NCBI GenBank assembly: GCA_963664435.2
Contig: CAXXKM010000003.1
Span: 704,001-768,000 of the forward strand
Source of the DNA: Longimicrobiales bacterium
Lineage (GTDB): Bacteria > Gemmatimonadota > Gemmatimonadetes > Longimicrobiales > Gaopeijiaceae
Length of the DNA: 64,000 bases
Reading direction: 5' to 3'
The position numbers and the translations under genes were made by a program. Of this stretch, positions 48,976 through 57,021 are shown one piece after another. The notes below the pieces were generated by a model that was not told where the DNA came from, ran no database searches, and was given only the letters and a program-made list of their open reading frames with translations. The first letter of the stretch is position 1. The number at the start of each line of letters is the position of its first letter.

Positions 48976-51282
48976 TCAACGGAAGGCATAGGTGAGGCTG
49001 GCCACCACCAGGCGGCCGATCTCGGGCGCCCCGATGAACTCCTGGTGACGGTCGTCGAGGAGATTGGTGCCGGTGAGCGCGGCACTTGCGCGCGGCAGGC
49101 CCGGAACCGGAAGACGTACCTGGACATCGAGCACCGTGTACCCCTCCACGTCCCCGGCATAGACGCCGGCGTTGGCGTAGAAGCCGCGCTGGCGTCGCAT
49201 GCGCGCCTCCGCGAAAAGGCCCGGGTCCGCCCCCTCATGGCGAATCGAAAGGCTGCTCTTCGTCTTCGGCAGGTTGAGGGAGATGTCCTCCAGGTCCGAA
49301 CAGTCGGTTGCGGCATTCTCGACGAAGTCGAAGCACTGCTCGCTGAAGTGCGCGTGCGTGCCCTCGAGAGAGAGCGTGGGGGTCAGCGAGACCTCCGCGG
49401 AGAGGCCGACGGTCGAGAAGTCGACCTTGCCGTAGTTTCGATAGGTAAGCAGCAGGCCCGGCGTCGTCACCTGGTCCGGCATGATGGTTCCGACCGGGAG
49501 CTCCAGAACCAGGTTGGTGAGGTCGTGAATCAGAAGGTCCCGCAGTTCGGGATAGACGATCCCCAGCCTGACCATCGGCTCCACGCGCTTCTCGATGAAC
49601 GCGCGCGTGGACGCCGGCTCGAAGAAGACGGTCGGGGTTTCGACCCGGAGCGGGCCGATGAAGTTGTCGATGGAGGAACGCCCGATCGTCGCCGAGACGC
49701 GGCCCCGTCCTTCGGCTTCGATCCGATACCCGAGCGAGAGCGAGTTGATGATGGTGGGCTCGAGCGGATCGATGGGTTCGACGCCGATGGGGCGACCCAG
49801 CACCTCCTCCCCCAGGAAGGGAGGCCGGCCGGCGGTCCACTCCTTCTGATTGAAAAGGAGGAGCCGCGGCAGGAGCTCTCCCGGCTCCGGGTCTCTGAAG
49901 AACGGCCGCAGGGGTCGAAGCGCCAGGGGGTCGCTGGCCGCCGCGATCTCCACCAGCGTATTCCAGAGCACCGCCGGATCCGCCGGCAGCTTCTCGCCGG
50001 GCGCAAGCGGCGAGCGCATGCACATGCCCCCGAAGCCTCCCGGGCAGCGGTCGTTGAACGTGAAGCCACCCTGGGGGACGCCGCGCGCGAGGATGTCGTA
50101 GATGAGCACGCCGGCCGTCATTCTCCCCGCCCCGACATCCAGGAGGTGGTGGTCCGGCGAAGGCATGAATGCGATGCGCGCGCCGCTCGCGAGAAAACTG
50201 TGGCCCCTCGCGGGCCGGAAGATCAGGCTCGCGACCGGGGACAGGTTGAGACCTTCGACGCGGGAGTGACGCTCGACCTGCACGGCCCCCGCCACGTCCA
50301 GCCAACTGGTTATGCGTGTGAAGGCGTCCAGGTAGCCTCCGGCGATCAGGATGTCGTCCGCGTCCTCATGGACCCCCGTCACCGTGCCGCCCGTGGAGGG
50401 GCGCACGCCGCGGACGTCCAGACCGTACCGAACGTTGTGCCGGTCGCCCAGACGGGTTGAGTGACCGATGCGGCCGGAAAAGGACAGCGACCCGTCCTCA
50501 ATCGCCCGGGCGGTGCGGTAGAACTCGGCCTCCCCCGCCCCGCGTCCGCGCACCAGGGCGTCGGCCGACAGGCCGCCCCGGCGGTAGCGCGCCAGTCCGT
50601 GCCAGCGGGTCCAGCTGCGGGCGTAGGCGGCGCCGACCTCGGTGAGCTGGTTGCCGCGCAAGCGGTCCAGGCCACCCTCGAAGACCCAGCCCTCGGGGTC
50701 GTCCGGGCGCAGGTCGTAGCGGACCCCGGCGCCCCATCGCTCCAGCTGGTCGTCGCGCGCCGGGAGGAGCGCACTGTTCTGGCGCAGCCGCTCCTCGACC
50801 GGGTCCGCGAACGGCCAGTCGGTACCACGCAGGTAGTGGCCCGCCGCCTCGAAGAGAGCACCGCTCCCAACCCGGTCGGCATGCCGGAATCGCCCGCCCG
50901 CGAGCGCCCGCCCACCCCCGTAGAGCGTCGCCTCGGTACCCGTCGAGTCGCCGCGCGAGGGAGGCCCAAGGCCATACGGGAACGAGAACGGGGTCCACGT
51001 CCACGGGTCGTGATCCCGGCCAACCGGCAGGAGGCTGCCCGCGAACGCGTCCGTCAAGTGGGGCCCGATGAACACCCGCTGCACCAGTCCGGCCTCGAGG
51101 GGTGGTCTCCGGTCGAAATACAGACCCTGGGCCTCGACCGCCCGCGGCGTCGGGTCGAGCGCGAGCCATGTCAGCGCAAGGACGAGCGGGACTCGTCGCG
51201 GCAACCGGCATGGTGGAAGTGCCGGGAGTCGCGGGACTTCCGGGGGTCGCGGGATCAGCGGACAGTGCGGGGAGGTCGGCAT
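48976..51282 (-). CDS. TonB-dependent receptor-like beta-barrel, plug domain apparently missing; start uncertain
   Basis: Barrel motifs LSPVASLIFRP, TYRNYGKVD and NLLDDRHQEFIGAPEIGRL. No plug motif recognised. Confidence 0.75.
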   Translation of the reverse strand: MPTSPHCPLIPRPPEVPRLPALPPCRLPRRVPLVLALTWLALDPTPRAVEAQGLYFDRRPPLEAGLVQRVFIGPHLTDAFAGSLLPVGRDHDPWTWTPFSFPYGLGPPSRGDSTGTEATLYGGGRALAGGRFRHADRVGSGALFEAAGHYLRGTDWPFADPVEERLRQNSALLPARDDQLERWGAGVRYDLRPDDPEGWVFEGGLDRLRGNQLTEVGAAYARSWTRWHGLARYRRGGLSADALVRGRGAGEAEFYRTARAIEDGSLSFSGRIGHSTRLGDRHNVRYGLDVRGVRPSTGGTVTGVHEDADDILIAGGYLDAFTRITSWLDVAGAVQVERHSRVEGLNLSPVASLIFRPARGHSFLASGARIAFMPSPDHHLLDVGAGRMTAGVLIYDILARGVPQGGFTFNDRCPGGFGGMCMRSPLAPGEKLPADPAVLWNTLVEIAAASDPLALRPLRPFFRDPEPGELLPRLLLFNQKEWTAGRPPFLGEEVLGRPIGVEPIDPLEPTIINSLSLGYRIEAEGRGRVSATIGRSSIDNFIGPLRVETPTVFFEPASTRAFIEKRVEPMVRLGIVYPELRDLLIHDLTNLVLELPVGTIMPDQVTTPGLLLTYRNYGKVDFSTVGLSAEVSLTPTLSLEGTHAHFSEQCFDFVENAATDCSDLEDISLNLPKTKSSLSIRHEGADPGLFAEARMRRQRGFYANAGVYAGDVEGYTVLDVQVRLPVPGLPRASAALTGTNLLDDRHQEFIGAPEIGRLVVASLTYAFR

Positions 51283-51535
51283 GACTGGGGCTCCGTGGTG
51301 TGGATCCCGCTCCGAAGGAGCCGCTTTTGGGGGAGCACGCGGAATCGCAGCCCGCGATCCCGGAGTGGCGATCGGCCGCGTCGTGGCGTGCGCCGCAAGT
51401 ATCCCGCCGGGCGACGGTTGTTCCGACTGAGGCTCGGATGGCTGGCCCTTCACTCACTGGCGCGGGCGCCGGGCGTGGCGCATCATCCCCGATTGTCGCG
51501 CCGGTCCCCTGCCCCCGCTCCCCGGAGTTCCCCGA

Positions 51536-52525
51536 ATCGAACCGCTCGTAACGCTGGACGCCGTCCAGGAGGCCCGGGCCCGCATCGGCGCCCGGCTGCA
51601 CCGCACTCCGGTGATGTCGTCGCGGCGCTTGAGCCACCAGGCGGGCGTACCGCTTCGGCTCAAGATGGAGAGCCTGCAGAAGACCGGTTCCTTCAAGGTG
51701 CGGGGGGCGCTCAACAAGGTGCTGGTTGCCGGTGAGGCGGCCCGCCGCGGGGTGGTTACGGTGTCGGCCGGGAACCACGCGCAGGCGCTGGCGTGGGCGG
51801 CGGGATGCGTGGATGTGCCGTGTGCCGTGGTCATGCCGGCGGGCGCCTCCGAGACCAAGGCGCGGGCGAGCGCCGGCTACGGGGCGGAAGTGGTCGTCGC
51901 CGCCGACGTGCACCAGGCCTTCGACCTGGCGGAATCCCTGGCGCGCGACCGGGGGATGCTCTTCACCCACCCGTTCGACGACCCCGCGGTCATCGCCGGC
52001 CACGGCACCACCGCGCTCGAGCTGGCCGAGCAGGCCGCGGACCTGGACCTGGTGGTGGTGCCGGTGGGCGGCGGCGGTCTGATCGCGGGGGTGGCGGCGG
52101 CGTTGAAGCGCCTGCGGCCGGAGGTGCGCATCTTCGGCGTGGAACCGCGCGGGGCCGCGGCCATGTCCGAGAGCCTGCGCATCGGGCGGGCGGCCCGTCT
52201 GGACCGCGTCGGCTCCGTCGCGGACGGACTCGCCCCACCCATGGCGGGCGAAATCACATACCTGCACGTACGCGCTCTGGTGGACGGTGTCGTGCGGGTG
52301 AGCGACGCCCAGATCACCGCCGCCGTGCGCGCGCTGGCCGAGACCACCAGAATGGTGGTGGAACCCGCGGGGGCGGCCGGGGTGGCCGCGCTCCTGTGCG
52401 GACGCATTCCCGACCTGGGCGCGGGCCCGGCCGGGGTGATCGTCTCGGGCGGGAACGTAGACTCGAGTCTTCTGGCGGAGATACTGGACCCGGAGCGCGC
52501 GGGAGGCGCTGCGCCCCCGTCCTGA
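51536..52525 (+). CDS. PLP-dependent threonine/serine dehydratase (no ACT domain); start uncertain
   Basis: LHRTPV, KMESLQKTGSFKVRGA, SAGNHAQ, VPVGGGGL, VEPAGA and SGGNVD. Confidence 0.92.
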   Translation: MEPLVTLDAVQEARARIGARLHRTPVMSSRRLSHQAGVPLRLKMESLQKTGSFKVRGALNKVLVAGEAARRGVVTVSAGNHAQALAWAAGCVDVPCAVVMPAGASETKARASAGYGAEVVVAADVHQAFDLAESLARDRGMLFTHPFDDPAVIAGHGTTALELAEQAADLDLVVVPVGGGGLIAGVAAALKRLRPEVRIFGVEPRGAAAMSESLRIGRAARLDRVGSVADGLAPPMAGEITYLHVRALVDGVVRVSDAQITAAVRALAETTRMVVEPAGAAGVAALLCGRIPDLGAGPAGVIVSGGNVDSSLLAEILDPERAGGAAPPS

Positions 52526-52606
52526 GTTGCACGCGCCACATCTCCGGGAAAACTTCATCCCTGAAGGCAGCAGCGCGGCCCATCATCCTCGAGGAGAGAA
52601 AAGACC

Positions 52607-53431
52607 TTGTGCCGATTCGTATGCTACTCCGGCGAAAAGACGCCCGTCCACCCGATCGTGTTCGGGGGCAGCCACACCCTCGTCAGGCAGAGCTACGACG
52701 CCAGGGAGATGGGCCACGGGGTCCACAACGCCGACGGGTACGGTGTGGGCTGGTATCACGAAGGACGCCCGGTGCGGATTCGCGAGGCGCGCCCCATCTG
52801 GCACGATCCGGACCTTGAGGATGTGCTCTCGTCCGTGCGTTCGCCCTGTTCGCTGGCTCTCGTTCGGAGCGCGAGCCCGGGCATCCCCCTGGACCGGGGC
52901 GAGGTGGCGCCGTTCGTGTTCGAGCGTTGGTCCTTCGGCCTCAACGGCTACGTGCGCAGGTTCCACACCCACGCGATGCGCGCGCTGCGCGCTACGCTGC
53001 CCGACGAACTCTACAACCGGATCCGGGGGACATCCGATACCGAGACCCTTTTCCTGCTTGCGATCGCGGAGGTCTGGAAGGGGGCATCGGCCGGAGCGGC
53101 GCTGGCGCGGGCCGCGGCGCGCGCGGGCTCGCTGGACGTGCGCTGCAAACTCAACATGATCCTGGCCGACGGACGGAGTCTCGCCGTGATCCGCACCTCG
53201 AACTTCGACGAGACCAACTCGCTGTACGTCGCCCGCCGGCATCCGCTCGCTCCCGGGGGCACGCTGATCGCCTCGGAGCGGCTGGACGGGGATGCGGCAT
53301 GGCAGGTCGTGCCGCCCCACTCTGTGATCGAGGTCACCGGGGAAGACGAGCCTCGGATCACGGAGGTGGATGCGCTGCTGCGGGGGCGGGTGCTGTCGTC
53401 CGTCGGCGCGGACGAAGGCGGGGCGGTTTAG
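52607..53431 (+). CDS. Class II glutamine amidotransferase, EgtC-like Ntn hydrolase
   Basis: N-terminal MCR, NADGYGVGWY, PIW.D, GTSDTE and ASERLD. Confidence 0.85.
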   Translation: MCRFVCYSGEKTPVHPIVFGGSHTLVRQSYDAREMGHGVHNADGYGVGWYHEGRPVRIREARPIWHDPDLEDVLSSVRSPCSLALVRSASPGIPLDRGEVAPFVFERWSFGLNGYVRRFHTHAMRALRATLPDELYNRIRGTSDTETLFLLAIAEVWKGASAGAALARAAARAGSLDVRCKLNMILADGRSLAVIRTSNFDETNSLYVARRHPLAPGGTLIASERLDGDAAWQVVPPHSVIEVTGEDEPRITEVDALLRGRVLSSVGADEGGAV

Positions 53432-53490
53432 AGTCGCTGGACGAAGGCGGGACGGCTGGGAGTCGCTGGACGAAGGCGGGGCGGCTCGGG
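53410..53490. repeat. 29-bp tandem repeat, about 3 copies, duplicating the end of the EgtC-like gene
   Basis: ggacgaaggcggg occurs at 53410, 53439 and 53468. Confidence 0.8.
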
Positions 53491-53544
53491 AGCCGGTCGC
53501 GATACCCGCGCCGCCGCTTTCCATTTGGACACGAGGATGCAGAG

Positions 53545-55527
53545 ATGAGACGGTTGACGGTGGTTGTGGCGACGTTCCTGACGGTTTGGACGGGGTGGGG
53601 CTGCACCCCGGAGGCACCCGCGGCGGAGGGCGGCGCGGCGGGCTCGATGGACGAGGGCCCCATCGGCGCGGAGGCGCTGGTAGACCTGCGGGCGGCGGTA
53701 GGTGGCAGTCGCTCGCCCCAGTGGGCTCCCGACGGGTCGATGATCACCTTCGTATCGGGGGGTGGGCTGGGGGCGGTCGCCACGGAGGACGGCGCCTTCA
53801 CGACGCTCTCCGACGACCTCGGCCTGAGCGGGGTGGGCTCGCTCGGCGCGCCTCAGCCCGTCTGGTCACCCGACGGCCGCTGGATCGCCTACACCTCCGA
53901 CAAGAGCGGTGCGCCGGAGATCTGGCTCTGGTCCGCCGAGGACGGTTCAGACCGCAAGCTCACCGGTCTGGCCGCGCGCGCCAACGGCCTCGCCTGGTCT
54001 CCCGACGGAGCACGGATCGCCTTCTCCGGCGACCGTTTCGGCAACATGGACATCTGGACGGTGTCGGTTCCGGACGGGAAGGTGCACCGCCTGACCGGCG
54101 ACCCCCTCTACGAGGGCTACCCCAGCTGGACCCCCGACGGCGACCGGCTGCTCTACGTGCGCATGGACGACCGCTGGGTCGACCACGACGTGATGGAGAT
54201 CGACCCCGACGGGAGCAATCCGCGCACCATCGTGCGCGACACCGGCTTTTTCGACTACCGCGCCGGCAGGGCGTTCGGGCCCGCGCAGGTCTCGCCCGAC
54301 GGTGAGAGCATCCTGCTGCGCTCCCAGCGGAGCGGCTGGCTGAACTACTGGGTCGCGCCCCGGTCCGGCGGCGAGCCGCACCCCATCGCGGCGTCCGACC
54401 ATGACCAGAGCGATGCGCGCTGGTCCCCGGACGGCCGCTGGATCAGCTACACGGAGAACCGGGACGGCGTCCATTCCCTGCGCGTGGTGTCGGCCGACGG
54501 CGGCGAGTCGAAGGTGCTGGTGGACCCGGAGGTGGGCGCCGCGCTACGGCCCGAGTGGTCCCCCGCCGGCGACCGCATCAGCTACACGTTCGAGACCCCG
54601 ACACGTCCCACGGAGCTCTTTGTCATCGACGTGGCATCGGGTGAGAAGCAACTCCTGCACAGCGAGGTTCGCGCGGGCGCGGCGGACAGGCTCCACATGC
54701 CGGAGAAGGTGCGCTACCCGAGCACCGACGGGCTCACCATCGAGGCCTATCTGCACCGCCCCCCGGACGCGGCCCCCGGCGAGCGCTTCCCCGGCGTGAT
54801 GTGGATCCACGGCGGCCCCACCTCCCAGTTCGACGATCAGTTCCGCCGCCACCAGCAGGTCCACTTCTTCGCCCAGCGCGGCTACGTCGTGCTCATGCCC
54901 AACATCCGCGGAAGCTCCGGCTACGGTCTCGAATTCGAGGACCTCAACAACGAGTGCTGGGGCCACTGCGACCTGGAGGACGTGCTCGCGGGGGTCGACT
55001 ATCTCAAGACGCTGCCCTACGTGGACCCCGACAAGATCGCCGTTACCGGCACCAGCTACGGCGGCATCATGACCATGGCCGCGGTGGCCTTCGCCCCGGA
55101 TGTCTTTCAGGCCGCGATTTCGCTCTCCGGCTACGGTGACATGACCGACTTCCACACCGAGGTCCACGAGCTTCAGCACATCAAGCTGGTCGAGTACGAG
55201 CTTGGCCCGTATCCGGAGAATCGCGACGTCTATCTCAATAGTTCCGCGATATTCAAGGCGCATCAGGTGACCACCCCCACGTTCGTGATTCAGGGCGAGG
55301 GCATCGCGGCCGACTGGCGCCTGGAGGAAGGAGGAGCCCCGGCGGCACTCGACTTCGCGCGCAAGCTCGATCAGCATTACAAGATCGTGCGATATAAGTC
55401 ATATCCCGGCGAAGGATATTATGTATATGGGCGCGACAATACGATCGAGAAGCTCCACGACATGCTGGATTTCTTCGAAGAGTTCCTCGTGACGGAGATC
55501 GCGTATGGGGGTGAGAAGGGGATGTAG
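53545..55527 (+). CDS. S9 family peptidase-like lipoprotein with PD40/TolB repeats
   Basis: Repeated WSPDG units, IHGGP, PNIRGSSGYG and nucleophile motif GTSYGG. RBS gagga before ATG 53545. Confidence 0.9.
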   Translation: MRRLTVVVATFLTVWTGWGCTPEAPAAEGGAAGSMDEGPIGAEALVDLRAAVGGSRSPQWAPDGSMITFVSGGGLGAVATEDGAFTTLSDDLGLSGVGSLGAPQPVWSPDGRWIAYTSDKSGAPEIWLWSAEDGSDRKLTGLAARANGLAWSPDGARIAFSGDRFGNMDIWTVSVPDGKVHRLTGDPLYEGYPSWTPDGDRLLYVRMDDRWVDHDVMEIDPDGSNPRTIVRDTGFFDYRAGRAFGPAQVSPDGESILLRSQRSGWLNYWVAPRSGGEPHPIAASDHDQSDARWSPDGRWISYTENRDGVHSLRVVSADGGESKVLVDPEVGAALRPEWSPAGDRISYTFETPTRPTELFVIDVASGEKQLLHSEVRAGAADRLHMPEKVRYPSTDGLTIEAYLHRPPDAAPGERFPGVMWIHGGPTSQFDDQFRRHQQVHFFAQRGYVVLMPNIRGSSGYGLEFEDLNNECWGHCDLEDVLAGVDYLKTLPYVDPDKIAVTGTSYGGIMTMAAVAFAPDVFQAAISLSGYGDMTDFHTEVHELQHIKLVEYELGPYPENRDVYLNSSAIFKAHQVTTPTFVIQGEGIAADWRLEEGGAPAALDFARKLDQHYKIVRYKSYPGEGYYVYGRDNTIEKLHDMLDFFEEFLVTEIAYGGEKGM

Positions 55528-56848
55528 CGGGCATCCGGCACAGCGAGGATTGCGGCTCCCCGGGGCATCCCTGGCCCTTGCAGCGGCCGCGCTCGCTGGA
55601 TGCGCATCCGGGGACGAGACGGAAGCGCGTTCGATCACCGAGCGCGACAGCGCGGCAATCCGGATCGTCGAGAACGCCGCGCCGGCCTGGGACGCGGGCC
55701 GAGGCTGGCGGTCCGCGCCGACTCCGGAAGTTGTGATCGGGGCATCGTCGAGCCCGACCGAAGACGGAGACGAGGTTTCGCTCTATCGCGTGGAAGGCGC
55801 TCGATTCCTTCCGGACGGCGGAATCGTCGTCGCCAACGCAGGCACTTCCGAAGTGATGGTATTCGACACTGCCGGCACGCTGGTCAGGCGCTTCGGAGGG
55901 GAGGGCGAGGGTCCGGGAGAACTTCGCAGCATCGTCGGCATTGACGTGTGCGGCGGCGACTCCATCGCCGTCCATTCCCGGCTCACGCTCCACGTCTTCG
56001 AACGGGATGGGACGTTCGCGCGGCGGGCGCAGTTTCGACTGGGCGGACAGCCGGTACCGGTACAAGGCGTCTCCGGCAGTTGCGGGCGAGCCCTGGTGCA
56101 GCAGCGCACCCGGATGCCTGCGGTCGGCCGTCAAGGTTTCACCGAGGATGTCTTCGCGTGGGTCGACTCATTCGCCGAAGCAGTCGATACCGTTGCCACA
56201 ACCGGGCTGCTCGAAGTATGGACCCGGGCATTCGACGGAGGGGCGCGTCCGTGGGTCATCCCCTGGGGGACATCCGGTGGCACGCACGCTACCGGGAATG
56301 ACCGATTTGTCGTCGGGAATGGACGAGTCCCGGAGTTGCGGCACTACGATTCAGGTGGCGGACTACAACTGATCGTTCGGTGGCTCGGCCAGCCTCGGCC
56401 GGTGTCGGCGAGCGACCGGCGGCGCTATTCCGAGCGACGCATGGAGTTTCTCGCCTGGGCGCCAGCCAATGAGCCGGAAACCCGGCTGCTCTTCCCGGCG
56501 CTCGACGAGTATCCCGAGGTGCCGACCCACAAGCCGCTCTTCGACCGACTCCTGTTGGATGGCCGGGGAGGCATCTGGGCACGCGTCTTCCCCGAGCAGT
56601 CCTTTGGCCTCTTCGACACGCGCCTCCCGGGGCCCATGGTCTTTACGGAGACCTGGACGGTGTTCGATTCGGCCGGGGTCTGGCTGGGCGATGTCACCCT
56701 CCCTGACCGGTTCGAGCTGCATGACGTCGACGGGGATCGGCTGCTCGGCGTTGCCCGCGACGCTCTCGATACGGAAACAGTTCAGATCTTCCGGATCGTA
56801 GGGATCGCCTACTCCTACCTGGTCTGGCGGGATGTCGGGGAGGGATAG
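55505..56848 (+). CDS. 6-bladed beta-propeller lipoprotein
   Basis: LAGC lipobox, ERDSAAIRIVEN, GGEGEGPGEL and WTVFDSAGVWLG. Confidence 0.8.
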   Translation: MGVRRGCSGHPAQRGLRLPGASLALAAAALAGCASGDETEARSITERDSAAIRIVENAAPAWDAGRGWRSAPTPEVVIGASSSPTEDGDEVSLYRVEGARFLPDGGIVVANAGTSEVMVFDTAGTLVRRFGGEGEGPGELRSIVGIDVCGGDSIAVHSRLTLHVFERDGTFARRAQFRLGGQPVPVQGVSGSCGRALVQQRTRMPAVGRQGFTEDVFAWVDSFAEAVDTVATTGLLEVWTRAFDGGARPWVIPWGTSGGTHATGNDRFVVGNGRVPELRHYDSGGGLQLIVRWLGQPRPVSASDRRRYSERRMEFLAWAPANEPETRLLFPALDEYPEVPTHKPLFDRLLLDGRGGIWARVFPEQSFGLFDTRLPGPMVFTETWTVFDSAGVWLGDVTLPDRFELHDVDGDRLLGVARDALDTETVQIFRIVGIAYSYLVWRDVGEG

Positions 56849-57021
56849 CTCGAAGGCCTGCACACGGACCTGAGACGCGACATCCAGAGCCCAGGAGATC
56901 CTCCCGGCCCCCCATCCGCGCCTGCGGGCTGCCGAGGTTCCTTCGCCGGTGGCCCCCCACCCCCTCTCGGCACTACCGTGCCGGGAGTACCCTCCCCTCC
57001 CCCCCGCAACCGGGTGCCGCC

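Noticed and set aside
56800..56900. Possible amber readthrough after the propeller gene (EG*LEGLHTDLRRDIQ)
   Set aside because: No recognisable family or recoding signal. More likely a leftover gene fragment.
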